A stretch of 33,230 nt of DNA from a virus (Duplodnaviria > Caudoviricetes), in IMG/VR virus record IMGVR_UViG_3300042934_000211, positions 1-33,230 of that record; one strand, written 5' to 3'. Below the pieces are notes generated by a model. The model searched no databases, was not told where the DNA came from, and saw nothing but the letters and a program-made list of their open reading frames with translations. Position 1 is the stretch's first letter. Every line of letters begins with the position of its first letter. Made by a program: the position numbers and the translations under genes. This document shows, piece by piece, positions 8,239 to 16,671 of this stretch.

Positions 8239-10970
8239 TAAAACCCACCTCCTGTAACTAGTTTAACTCCAACTCTGTTGTTTTCTTTGTCTATATAAGG
8301 CTTTAAAACTCTCACCAATTCACTCATACTACCTTCGAATTTGATTGTTATATCTTTGTTCCCACCACCCCTTTCAGCAAGTGCTTCTAGCATAGCTTGT
8401 TTCATTGTGCTTAACGGAGACACGACTTCGGTTTCTCTTTTATTATCACCGAGAACCCCGAGAAATTCACCATAATTAGCAGGCACAACTGTTCCTGTCG
8501 CGAATTTTGGTGGATTAAAAGTACTAGTACCACCAGAAGAAGGTGTTGATGATGATGAAAAACTGTAAGATCCTAGAGAAATATGAGTACTGGCCAATGA
8601 TTTTTTCAAGTCATCAATTTTATCTTTAAAAGATTTTTCTGTTTTGGACAACCCTGCGTCAATCTCTTCATTGAAACCTTTCATAATTCCAGCTGCTCCG
8701 ATTGGCATTTTCTTTGTCAGGTCACTTATAAATGTATCAGTACTTTTTACGATTTTATCCTGTGCATCCGTTAATGTTCCGGAGTGTTCTTTTATATAAT
8801 CAACTGAATATTGATATTGTGTGTCAAGGGTTTCAATGGCGGTATCTAGCTTTGTAATAGCATCTTCGTTATCTTTGTACTCAGTTCTAAGTATTTCTAG
8901 TTCTTTTTCTGCTCGTTTATATGCCTCGACAGCTTTATCGGTCCAGTCTCCATTTTCCCTGGCTGTATCCGTTCCTTCTTTGAGCGCATCATTACGTTTT
9001 TTTTCTGCTTCCGCAACTTCTTTTGCTAAATCACGTTGGGCTTCCGTTATTATATTTAATTCCATAGTCGAATCATAATGTTTTTTTCTTATCTCTAATA
9101 AACTCTCTTGTGCCGCTTGAACTAACTGGTATTCTTTTGTTTTTGCAATAAGATCTAGCACTGCATCCCTTGTACCATTGTATTTTCCAGTATGGATATC
9201 AATATATTTGTCAAGTTCAGGTATCTTCTTAACCATTTCCTCCGCGTATGCTTTTAATAAGGCTTTGTCTCCATCTGAAAGACTTCCAACTTTATCCGCT
9301 AGTACGAAGTATTTATCTGCCAGGTCCTCAATTGCGCTATACTCATTTTCTATATCGCTTCGTCTATTTGTGATACTATCAACAAAGTAATTAACTTCAT
9401 CAGCTGTATCATTTGCTGATGTCTGTAACTTATCTAGCGCTTCCGCATATTCCACTATTTGAGGACTTGCATCTGCGTCAGCCATTGATAGTGCCGCCCC
9501 CACTAAAGCTCCTAATGCTAACGCAAGTACAAAAAGCGGATGTGATGCAACTGTTGATAGCAAGCCTACGAGTGCTTTTCCTATACTTTTTATTATTCCG
9601 GCAACAAGAGTTGCTCCTGTGAATAATAATACAGTAGTTACCATACCACCTAAAGCTCCACCTAACGCCTCTGCTGTGCTAGGCGAAATTCCACTTATCA
9701 TATCGCCTATAAACTCTAGAGCCTTACCAAATGCATCCGCTACTGTAGCAACAATAGGTTTGAAAAGCTCAACCATCTTACCCATAAAATCAACAAAACC
9801 CTTTCCTACTGATTTCGCAAATGGAGCAACTGCTTCTTTAATTTTATTAAATGTTTCTGCTATATTATTAAGAAATTTATGTAGTGCGGACTGGTCATCA
9901 GGCTCCCCAATAACATCTATATTTCCTGCATCAATATTAGGCCCTGGATTAAGAGCTCCAATATCAGTTGAGTTCGTATTGCTTGCAATATCCTGTGATA
10001 AAATATTAAGTTCGTCAAATGAAGATAAGCTTTTCTTGATTTCCTTGGCAGTACTTTTCACTTCGCTACCCAAGTCTCTTACATTTCCACTTGCATCACT
10101 TATTGCTCCACCTGTTTCAGCAATTACTTTCTTAAAACCAAATACTTTTGAAAAAACCTCTCCAACTGTATTTGCGAACTTAATTAAATACGATAATGCT
10201 CCACTTAAGGTCTTTACAATTGGCATCAATACTTGAACTAATCCTTTACCTAAAATACCTAGAAATTCTTTCCATTTTTCGATTAATACTCTAGTTTGAT
10301 TTGCCCAACTATCAGATGTCCTACTAAAATCGCCTTGCGCTAACGCTGTCTGTTGCATTACATATCCATATCTAAGCATAACCTTTTCAGATTGGTTCAT
10401 AGCAGATATTTTTTTATTCATCCCCTGAGCAAATGCATACTCTTGCAAGTTAGCCTCTGTCATAACAATACCATACTGTTTGAGCGTTTCTGTTTCTCCT
10501 GTAAAAACACTCTTCAAGGCTGTACTCGCAACATCTTGACTAACATTGTAGAAACTGGCCATATCCGCGGATAATCCTGTGAGTTGAATTGCCATATCGC
10601 TCGCTGTATTGTTTGCTATACCCATTCCTCTAGCCATAGCCATTAAAGTTGATCCTGTTTGCTTGGCTGCTAATTTTGATATACCAAAGCTTTCAATTGC
10701 TGTATCTGCAAATTCTTCCATTTTATATTTCATTGAACCAAAGGCTACGTCAACAACGTTTTGTACTTCTTCGAGGTCAGAGGCTGCTTGAATAGCTTGT
10801 TTACCAAAGCTTATTAACTGCTTTATCCCAAAAGCAACTGCGGTAGCCTTGCCCAAGCTTACCAATACACTCTTAAGTCCATTTGCTTGCGTTTTAATTG
10901 TGTTTGTTCCACTTTTAAAACCTTTTGTGTCTACCTTAGTATCAAATATTAAACTACCATCTACTGCCAT
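8238..10970 (-). CDS. Tail tape measure protein
   Basis: 910 aa helical protein; MAVDGSLIFDTKVD start, ASDLEEVQNVVDVAF, hydrophobic middle, PKFATGTVVP...GDNKRETEVVSPLS C-terminus. Confidence 0.95.
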   Translation of the reverse strand: MAVDGSLIFDTKVDTKGFKSGTNTIKTQANGLKSVLVSLGKATAVAFGIKQLISFGKQAIQAASDLEEVQNVVDVAFGSMKYKMEEFADTAIESFGISKLAAKQTGSTLMAMARGMGIANNTASDMAIQLTGLSADMASFYNVSQDVASTALKSVFTGETETLKQYGIVMTEANLQEYAFAQGMNKKISAMNQSEKVMLRYGYVMQQTALAQGDFSRTSDSWANQTRVLIEKWKEFLGILGKGLVQVLMPIVKTLSGALSYLIKFANTVGEVFSKVFGFKKVIAETGGAISDASGNVRDLGSEVKSTAKEIKKSLSSFDELNILSQDIASNTNSTDIGALNPGPNIDAGNIDVIGEPDDQSALHKFLNNIAETFNKIKEAVAPFAKSVGKGFVDFMGKMVELFKPIVATVADAFGKALEFIGDMISGISPSTAEALGGALGGMVTTVLLFTGATLVAGIIKSIGKALVGLLSTVASHPLFVLALALGALVGAALSMADADASPQIVEYAEALDKLQTSANDTADEVNYFVDSITNRRSDIENEYSAIEDLADKYFVLADKVGSLSDGDKALLKAYAEEMVKKIPELDKYIDIHTGKYNGTRDAVLDLIAKTKEYQLVQAAQESLLEIRKKHYDSTMELNIITEAQRDLAKEVAEAEKKRNDALKEGTDTARENGDWTDKAVEAYKRAEKELEILRTEYKDNEDAITKLDTAIETLDTQYQYSVDYIKEHSGTLTDAQDKIVKSTDTFISDLTKKMPIGAAGIMKGFNEEIDAGLSKTEKSFKDKIDDLKKSLASTHISLGSYSFSSSSTPSSGGTSTFNPPKFATGTVVPANYGEFLGVLGDNKRETEVVSPLSTMKQAMLEALAERGGGNKDITIKFEGSMSELVRVLKPYIDKENNRVGVKLVTGGGF

Positions 10971-10994
10971 CTTTTCACCTCATTTTTGGGCATC

Positions 10995-11022
10995 AAAAAA
11001 CCACCTACATCGGTAAGTGGTT
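10995..11022 (-). terminator. Intrinsic terminator of the moron
   Basis: AACCACTTAC-CGAT-GTAGGTGGTT followed by T run. Confidence 0.85.
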
Positions 11023-11033
11023 AATTTATATTG

Positions 11034-11408
11034 CTATTTTCTTTTCTTAATATTTAAGTAATCAGCTAAATCATTACGCGCTTTCCTTACATCTAGCATT
11101 GTATCTGTTGAATAATCTCTCTCACTAGATTCTATGTTTAAATAGATTAAGTATACGCGTATGGACAATGATACATCTTCTTCTACTGCTGATTCTATAG
11201 CCTTTAATTTTCCACAGGCTTTGTCTGCATCAAGGTGTCCATCAATGTAATTATCCGTAACCTCGATTGCCCCAATACCATAATTTTTTAACTCTTTACT
11301 TATGTCTGGCCCTGAATTTAAAGTTCTCCATGCGCCCCATACAGTAAAACTAAATGCAATTATAATAAATATTGCTAAACCTATTTTTTCTTTATTTGAT
11401 TTTGCCAT
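11034..11408 (-). CDS. Moron: single-pass membrane or exported protein
   Basis: Basic N-terminus plus TM IGLAIFIIIAFSFTVWGAW; own promoter and terminator. Confidence 0.8.
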   Translation of the reverse strand: MAKSNKEKIGLAIFIIIAFSFTVWGAWRTLNSGPDISKELKNYGIGAIEVTDNYIDGHLDADKACGKLKAIESAVEEDVSLSIRVYLIYLNIESSERDYSTDTMLDVRKARNDLADYLNIKKRK

Positions 11409-11439
11409 TCAACACACCCCTCTAAGTAATTATATTACT

Positions 11440-11468
11440 ATAATACTAATCTATATGTTGTGTGTCAA
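11440..11468 (-). promoter_or_regulatory. Sigma-A promoter of the moron
   Basis: TTGACA-17 bp-TATTAT. Confidence 0.85.
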
Positions 11469-11471
11469 TGT

Positions 11472-12041
11472 TCATCCTAGCAATTTATTCCACTCATCTA
11501 TTTCAGCTTGTTCGTCTTCCGTATATTTAACCTTAATATCTATCAAGTTCTTGTTATCTCTATAAAACTCTTGCTCGTATTTTTCGAGCTTCTTGCCTTT
11601 GTTTTTTTTAGAGCGAATATTAATTATTGAAGTAAACAATCCTTCTCCGATTTCATTAAAGAAACCTAAGAAAGTCCACCAGTGTAAATATTCTTTTGCT
11701 CTTGTTTCATAACCGGCTATTTTGTTAATAGCGGAGAATATGATCTGTTCATCTTGCTCCCAGTCCATAACCTTTTTGACCTTGGAGTGATTTGAGCCCT
11801 TTTCAGCTTTGCCCCCACCGTCAAGAAATTGTACCCCTTTTTCAATGGCCTCTAGATAATTTCCTGGATCAACTTGTTCAAATTCCACATACAGACATTC
11901 AAGCATCACCATTGTTTTTTCATTGTCTAAGAGCTCATTGTCGTTGTAGGCAGTAAAAATTAAAAGAGCAGTACGAAAATCACTCCGTATTGCTCTATCT
12001 ATACCATTTACATTTAATTGTTTAGGCAAAGATCCTATCAC
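11472..12041 (-). CDS. Gp15-family tail assembly chaperone (A118-like)
   Basis: IRSDFR, DWEQDEQIIFSAIN, YLHWWTFLGFF, IINIRSK motifs; upstream of tape measure. Confidence 0.85.
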   Translation of the reverse strand: MIGSLPKQLNVNGIDRAIRSDFRTALLIFTAYNDNELLDNEKTMVMLECLYVEFEQVDPGNYLEAIEKGVQFLDGGGKAEKGSNHSKVKKVMDWEQDEQIIFSAINKIAGYETRAKEYLHWWTFLGFFNEIGEGLFTSIINIRSKKNKGKKLEKYEQEFYRDNKNLIDIKVKYTEDEQAEIDEWNKLLG

Positions 12042-12475
12042 TTAATCACCTTCGTATATTTTGATATGCGTTGTTGACTTGCTTTCTGCTCTGATTGAAT
12101 TTCTTTCTTTAAAACTGGAATTACTGCATTTAGAAAACGTTCATAAAACGGAACCCCACCTACCATACTTAGAGGCGATTGATTACCAAATACCACAGCT
12201 GATACAGGACTGTCAAATATGTGATCTATTTGAGACTTTATTGTATCGCTTACACTTTTTACAATACTTGCTGCTATACTTATTTCCTCAATTGGAGTTC
12301 CATCAGTTTTAAGCTTGATATCTGCTCCTATCTTAGATGCATTTTCAATCTCTTTATACGCTTTGTCAATTCGCTCTATAATCCCAAAATCAGCAGGATT
12401 AAAACGTATGACTTTGCTTTCATCACCGTTCAAACTAAATTCTTTAAAACCATCACTAAAACTTAAATTTTGCAT
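12038..12475 (-). CDS. Tail assembly chaperone
   Basis: VIRFNPADFG motif; lies between tail tube and Gp15. Confidence 0.7.
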   Translation of the reverse strand: MQNLSFSDGFKEFSLNGDESKVIRFNPADFGIIERIDKAYKEIENASKIGADIKLKTDGTPIEEISIAASIVKSVSDTIKSQIDHIFDSPVSAVVFGNQSPLSMVGGVPFYERFLNAVIPVLKKEIQSEQKASQQRISKYTKVIK

Positions 12476-12489
12476 AATACCCTCCTGTT

Positions 12490-12518
12490 AAAAAGGGCAA
12501 GGACTTGTATCCTCACCC
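12490..12518 (-). terminator. Terminator after the major tail gene
   Basis: GGGTGAGGA-TACAAG-TCCTTGCCC-TTTTT. Confidence 0.8.
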
Positions 12519-12527
12519 AATTAATTA

Positions 12528-13022
12528 TTAGTTTGCTGTAAAAGTCTTTGTTGCTAATGCAAATAAACCTTTAACTCTATTGCCAGTGTTATGAAGGTTG
12601 AACGGAATTTGATACCCTGTTGTATCACCACCATAGCTTACAACTTCAATAATCGCATCTTCTTTGTATGCTACATACGAACCTGTTGTTGTTGCATCTT
12701 CTTCCCATAAATGAACTTCAATAGTTGAAGTTTTAAGATCATCAAGTGTTAATCTTTCATCAACAATTTTTTGAAGCCTCGTATGAAGTGGATCACCGAT
12801 AACTGCATAGTAAGGCTCTACGCTTGCCTGTGGTTCGTATCCATCGATACTTGTAGTGCTTTCACCTAGAATATTTGATTTTGTTTCGACATTAGGATTT
12901 AATTCTATTGTGAATTCTTCTAAGTCGGAGCCTAATCTGATAAAACTAGAAGGTCCTGCCACTGTGGCTGCATCAATATAATGCGCCATAAATTTTCGTT
13001 TAATCTTTCCTACTTCTGCCAT
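12528..13022 (-). CDS. Major tail tube protein
   Basis: 164 aa; RLGSDLEEFTIELNP...NILGE, SYGGDTTGYQIPF motifs; synteny. Confidence 0.85.
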   Translation of the reverse strand: MAEVGKIKRKFMAHYIDAATVAGPSSFIRLGSDLEEFTIELNPNVETKSNILGESTTSIDGYEPQASVEPYYAVIGDPLHTRLQKIVDERLTLDDLKTSTIEVHLWEEDATTTGSYVAYKEDAIIEVVSYGGDTTGYQIPFNLHNTGNRVKGLFALATKTFTAN

Positions 13023-13462
13023 TATAATACCTCTCTTTCAATTTTGTACTGAGCATATATTTGTATTTGGTAAGTTACTCCGTCCATAATGTCACCTGTC
13101 GGAATACTGTAAAGCATTCCATTAGCACTACTTATACTTAGCAACTTCCCTCTCGACTGCTCGTCAACGGTTATCTCTTGCTTATTGGCCACTATTTCAA
13201 GCCAATAAGTTAAATCCAATAAAAAAGTACTGTTTGCTAGTCTGTCATAGTCCAAAAAGGCCTGATTAACTGCATACAGCACAAAATTATGTTGTCTTAT
13301 TTGATTACCCAGAACATCCTCTTTTATGAGTTGATCACCTGTTGATGATAAGCCAAAATTCGTTGGTTCTGAATCAGTAAAATCCACGTGAACCTCATTG
13401 GTGAACTCTAAAATTTTAGGGTAATCCGTTAATATCTGTTTTACTAACTCTATTACATTCAT
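13022..13462 (-). CDS. Tail terminator / tail completion protein
   Basis: Immediately upstream of the tail tube; EDVLGNQIRQHNF and YQIQI motifs. Confidence 0.7.
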   Translation of the reverse strand: MNVIELVKQILTDYPKILEFTNEVHVDFTDSEPTNFGLSSTGDQLIKEDVLGNQIRQHNFVLYAVNQAFLDYDRLANSTFLLDLTYWLEIVANKQEITVDEQSRGKLLSISSANGMLYSIPTGDIMDGVTYQIQIYAQYKIEREVL

Positions 13463-13884
13463 TACATCCCCCTATCTGCCATTTTTTGAGCTCCTGCAAG
13501 TATTTTTTCCTTATGGTCTGATTTCATTCTTTCAAACCAAAAAGCACCACGTTTAGGCTCACCATTATATTTTAGTTCTTTGGTAGTCAAGATTTTCTTC
13601 TCTCCTTTAAGCGCATAGGAGCTACCTGTTATACTTGATACCATCAATTTGCCATAATACATGTATCTAGCATATGGAGCATTATAATTAATAACGCCAC
13701 TTCCGATTTTAGTTCCTAGTGTGGCAGATTTAGTTAACACCCCATTCATTCTAGGAGTATATGGGTCCATCATTCTAATGCATTCTTGATCTATAAACTT
13801 CTGCACCATTCCTTTGTTCTGCAGTTGTCTTTCATTAAGTAATTTATTATTAGCCTTAATCATCAACTTACCTTTTATCTGCAT
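13462..13884 (-). CDS. Neck / minor capsid protein (A118 minor capsid 2-like)
   Basis: PYTP...G.L..SA, YNAPYARYMYYG, GAFWFERMK motifs. Confidence 0.8.
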   Translation of the reverse strand: MQIKGKLMIKANNKLLNERQLQNKGMVQKFIDQECIRMMDPYTPRMNGVLTKSATLGTKIGSGVINYNAPYARYMYYGKLMVSSITGSSYALKGEKKILTTKELKYNGEPKRGAFWFERMKSDHKEKILAGAQKMADRGM

Positions 13885-13892
13885 TTAATCAC

Positions 13893-14258
13893 CTACTTAC
13901 ATGACAACTGGTAATGTTGCATTAACTTGCTACCATATAACTTTTTATCACAGCTTGATACTGTAATAAAACCGTATGTTTCTTTAAGTGTTTTAAGGCT
14001 TGCTGATTGCGCTGCTTGAGATGTGTTATCTATATCAACTACCACAATCCCTTTAACAATAATATCTTTACCAGTAGTAGTATTTAGGTTACTTATACTT
14101 GATACTGGAATAAATATCTTTACTGAATCAACTATAGTTAATCCACTTTTAATGAGGTTTGATTGTTTTACTTCATCCCAAAATACATCTTTAATTAACG
14201 ACCTTGTATAAGCTCCATTCTGGTATGAATAAAGGGTTATATCTGCATTCGTGTACAA
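13893..14258 (-). CDS. Head closure / head-tail adaptor
   Basis: MYTNADITLY...KDIIVKG...YGSKLMQHY; synteny; TTG start. Confidence 0.7.
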   Translation of the reverse strand: MYTNADITLYSYQNGAYTRSLIKDVFWDEVKQSNLIKSGLTIVDSVKIFIPVSSISNLNTTTGKDIIVKGIVVVDIDNTSQAAQSASLKTLKETYGFITVSSCDKKLYGSKLMQHYQLSCK

Positions 14259-14259
14259 A

Positions 14260-14643
14260 TTAACACCCCCTGTACAGTAAGCCTGTCATAAGCAACCATC
14301 TGTTTATAGTTGAGTTAATAGCATCTACACTAGCGATCTTTGTTTTTTCACCATCTACATAATTAACGGAATATTCTCCAACTTTCTCAGATGCAATTCC
14401 ATTGCTACTCTTAATTAGTTTTTCTTGATTATATAATTCCTCTGCAAGTTCGCAACAGCACATCTGTACTTCATCTATAAATTGCTCTGTTTCAATTATA
14501 TTACCGCAAGCATGGTGATTTATAACTTGGCTTGCCTTGAGAGCATAATAAGGAAAAACGGCGGTATCAATGACCGCCTGCCTACCCATTAAATAACTAT
14601 CAAGATAATATTCTGTGGTAGTATAACTAATCACTAACACCAC
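14260..14643 (-). CDS. Head-tail connector (SPP1 gp15-like)
   Basis: IASEKVGEYSVNY and C-terminal TGLLYRG motifs; start codon uncertain. Confidence 0.8.
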   Translation of the reverse strand: MVLVISYTTTEYYLDSYLMGRQAVIDTAVFPYYALKASQVINHHACGNIIETEQFIDEVQMCCCELAEELYNQEKLIKSSNGIASEKVGEYSVNYVDGEKTKIASVDAINSTINRWLLMTGLLYRGC

Positions 14644-14651
14644 CTACCTTT

Positions 14652-14831
14652 CTATTCTTTTTCAGCTTCAATAATTTTCTTCGTAATACCATTGATTGAA
14701 GTTGAGCTACCAATATCAATGTTGTTTTCAGCAGCATATGCCTTTAATTGCTCAATATCCATTCCGTCAAACTTGGTTGGTTCTTTTACAACCTCAGCCT
14801 TATTAAAAACTAATCCAACTGTTCTGCTCAT
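14652..14831 (-). CDS. Small post-capsid protein with HeH/Rho-N-like motif (59 aa; not in the ORF track)
   Basis: MSRTVGLVF...MDIEQLKAYAAENNIDI...IIEAEKE; AAGGAGG SD. Confidence 0.75.
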   Translation of the reverse strand: MSRTVGLVFNKAEVVKEPTKFDGMDIEQLKAYAAENNIDIGSSTSINGITKKIIEAEKE

Positions 14832-14844
14832 ATGTCATTCCTCC

Positions 14845-15717
14845 TTATGCTTTGTGGCTCAAGTAAATACCAGCCACCTTGTTTTTATATACATCAACCA
14901 TACCGTATTTACGGTATTTAGCTATATATGAATCAGCATCAGGATTGTTGTCTGGTGCGATAACAGATGAAACTGTGTGCTTGTCGAATTTGATAATAGC
15001 AGGCTTATGAATGATCATAAAGTTGATGTCCTTTGCCGTTGCCGCTTTCGCATAATGACCAGCTTCTTCTCCAGGTGTCTTTCCATCCAACATATCAATC
15101 GCAGTGTAAAAACGAGACTGTGGAACTGGTTTTTTAATAGTAAATGAAGCAAGCACTTCTCTTGACTTAGTTGTGTCAAGCGCAATTACACTATTAAGTA
15201 AAGTAGGTGTTGCGTAAAGAATTCTACCTTCTTCTGGAACTTCATCCTCATCCATTTTTGTTTTAGCTACTAAAAGCGCTCCTAGGAATGCTGCTCCATC
15301 TGCGTATGTTGCTGCTGTTGCTTTAGAAATTCCCTCAATACCTGCTAAAGTAGCAAACGTGAATGCATCTGCTTCCGGTGCAACTTTTTCTCTTTGAAGA
15401 GTACCTCCTGCCATTCCAAATGCGATATTGAATGTTTCTTGATCATCCATTGTGTCAACAGAAAGCTTTGTACCACGGTCATAATTAAACGCTGCAGTCT
15501 TCCATACAACACTAACTGCTCCACTTGTATATCCACTATTTCTGCTGTAATCACCAAGTCCGGTAATATCAATCTGTGGATATAAGATTTCATTTGCGTT
15601 TGCTCCTGCTCTCATCATTGATGAATCACTGATCAAATCGGCTGTAACAGATGCGCTTTTATAAACCTCATCTAAAAGGTCTGCGTAATTCTTTGCTAAT
15701 GCTATAATATTTGGCAT
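14845..15717 (-). CDS. Major capsid protein
   Basis: 290 aa after the scaffold; GLGDYSRNSGY, YDRG...VDTMD, VAPEADAF, KDINFMI motifs. Confidence 0.9.
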   Translation of the reverse strand: MPNIIALAKNYADLLDEVYKSASVTADLISDSSMMRAGANANEILYPQIDITGLGDYSRNSGYTSGAVSVVWKTAAFNYDRGTKLSVDTMDDQETFNIAFGMAGGTLQREKVAPEADAFTFATLAGIEGISKATAATYADGAAFLGALLVAKTKMDEDEVPEEGRILYATPTLLNSVIALDTTKSREVLASFTIKKPVPQSRFYTAIDMLDGKTPGEEAGHYAKAATAKDINFMIIHKPAIIKFDKHTVSSVIAPDNNPDADSYIAKYRKYGMVDVYKNKVAGIYLSHKA

Positions 15718-15732
15718 ATTTTATTTCCTCTC

Positions 15733-16287
15733 TTATTCTGTTGTTGGCTTAAGTCCCATAGCTGCTCTTAAAGCATTGGTGTTTGCATCACCTACAGGTG
15801 GTGTACCATTAGTGGACTTAACCGCATTGTTAATAGGTTCCGCTGAGCCGAATAAGTAATCGTTCTCAGTCTTTGATGCTTCTAAGGCTTTTTTAATATC
15901 CTCAGATTGGTTCTTGCTAGCTTTCAAAGTTTCGATATCAAGTAAGGCTTTCACTGCTTTACTGTTCCTTGCTCCAAAAGTTGTAATTTGACTATCTAAT
16001 AGAGAATTGAAATCCCTATCAGCTAATTGGCTTTGATATTCCGTTTCCTTAGTCTTAAGGTCATTGGTTAAAGTTTCAATCTTTCCTTTAAGGTCTTTTA
16101 TATCTATCCCCTCAAAGTCTTTTAGTGACTTCTGAGCTGTATCGAGTTGCCCTTTGTAGTTATCTCTTTCAAGCTCTACTTTAGCAACCTTATCTTGCTC
16201 TTTTTTAATATCTAAACCATTTAGCTTTTGAATATCTGCTATTTGTTCCTCCGTACACCCTAACGCTACTAAATCTTCTTTTTTCAT
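15733..16287 (-). CDS. Capsid scaffolding protein (Phage GP20 family)
   Basis: MKKEDLVALG, coiled coil, GARNSKAVKALLD, YLF motifs; AAGGA SD. Confidence 0.88.
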   Translation of the reverse strand: MKKEDLVALGCTEEQIADIQKLNGLDIKKEQDKVAKVELERDNYKGQLDTAQKSLKDFEGIDIKDLKGKIETLTNDLKTKETEYQSQLADRDFNSLLDSQITTFGARNSKAVKALLDIETLKASKNQSEDIKKALEASKTENDYLFGSAEPINNAVKSTNGTPPVGDANTNALRAAMGLKPTTE

Positions 16288-16311
16288 CTCTATTCTTCCT
16301 TTCACATATAA

Positions 16312-16374
16312 GTTATTTTAGGTGTGTAACTATCCACCAAGTGACCGACTATTTTAGGTCTGAATCAGCTGACC
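16312..16374 (-). ncRNA. Tandem H-type pseudoknots in the scaffold 5' leader (GP20 RNA motif-like)
   Basis: GGTC-AGCT-GATT-CA-GACC-TAAAAT-AGTC and GGTG-GATA-GTTA-CA-CACC-TAAAA-TAAC: same topology with compensatory differences. Confidence 0.65.
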
Positions 16375-16378
16375 GCAT

Positions 16379-16405
16379 AAAAATAAGACCTTAGCCCTGG
16401 TCTTA
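16379..16405 (-). terminator. Terminator-like hairpin upstream of the scaffold leader
   Basis: TAAGACC-AGGGCTAA-GGTCTTA-TTTTT. Confidence 0.65.
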
Positions 16406-16441
16406 AGGGAGATATATGGATCACCTCCTAATTTTAGGTAT

Positions 16442-16476
16442 AAAAATACCACCTAACCATTATTATGATTGGTGGC
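16442..16476 (-). terminator. Terminator after the MuF/immunity pair
   Basis: Minus strand GCCACC-AATCATAATAATGGTT-A-GGTGGT-ATTTTT imperfect long hairpin. Confidence 0.65.
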
Positions 16477-16479
16477 TTA

Positions 16480-16671
16480 TTAAACTCCCTTAAATGTTTC
16501 TTGAAAACATTCATTGCTCTGACACTTCACTGTTGTTATACCATCTTTTAGTTCTACATCAATTTTAGTATTACAATATGGACACATTTCTATGTTATTA
16601 TTATTCTTTGAAAAATCGTCCAATACTTTATCAACTAATTCAAAATCTTTTTGAGTTAATTTAATCCCCAT
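16480..16671 (-). CDS. Small zinc-ribbon protein; candidate immunity protein for the MuF C-terminal domain
   Basis: CPYC...CQSNEC; overlaps the MuF stop by 11 nt; GGAGGG SD. Confidence 0.65.
   Translation of the reverse strand: MGIKLTQKDFELVDKVLDDFSKNNNNIEMCPYCNTKIDVELKDGITTVKCQSNECFQETFKGV

Noticed and set aside
9619-10236. 205-aa plus-strand ORF and other antisense ORFs (e.g. 22921-23469, 19292-19726)
   Set aside because: Shadows of well-supported minus-strand genes; no recognisable motifs
11980-12060. Programmed frameshift between the two tail chaperones
   Set aside because: No clear slippery heptamer at the end of the first gene; the second has its own AAGGTGA SD and a GTGA overlap
16312-16338. 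Bona fide preQ1-I riboswitch
   Set aside because: Resemblance is only topological, the downstream gene is a scaffold rather than queuosine-related, and ligand-contact bases cannot be confirmed by eye
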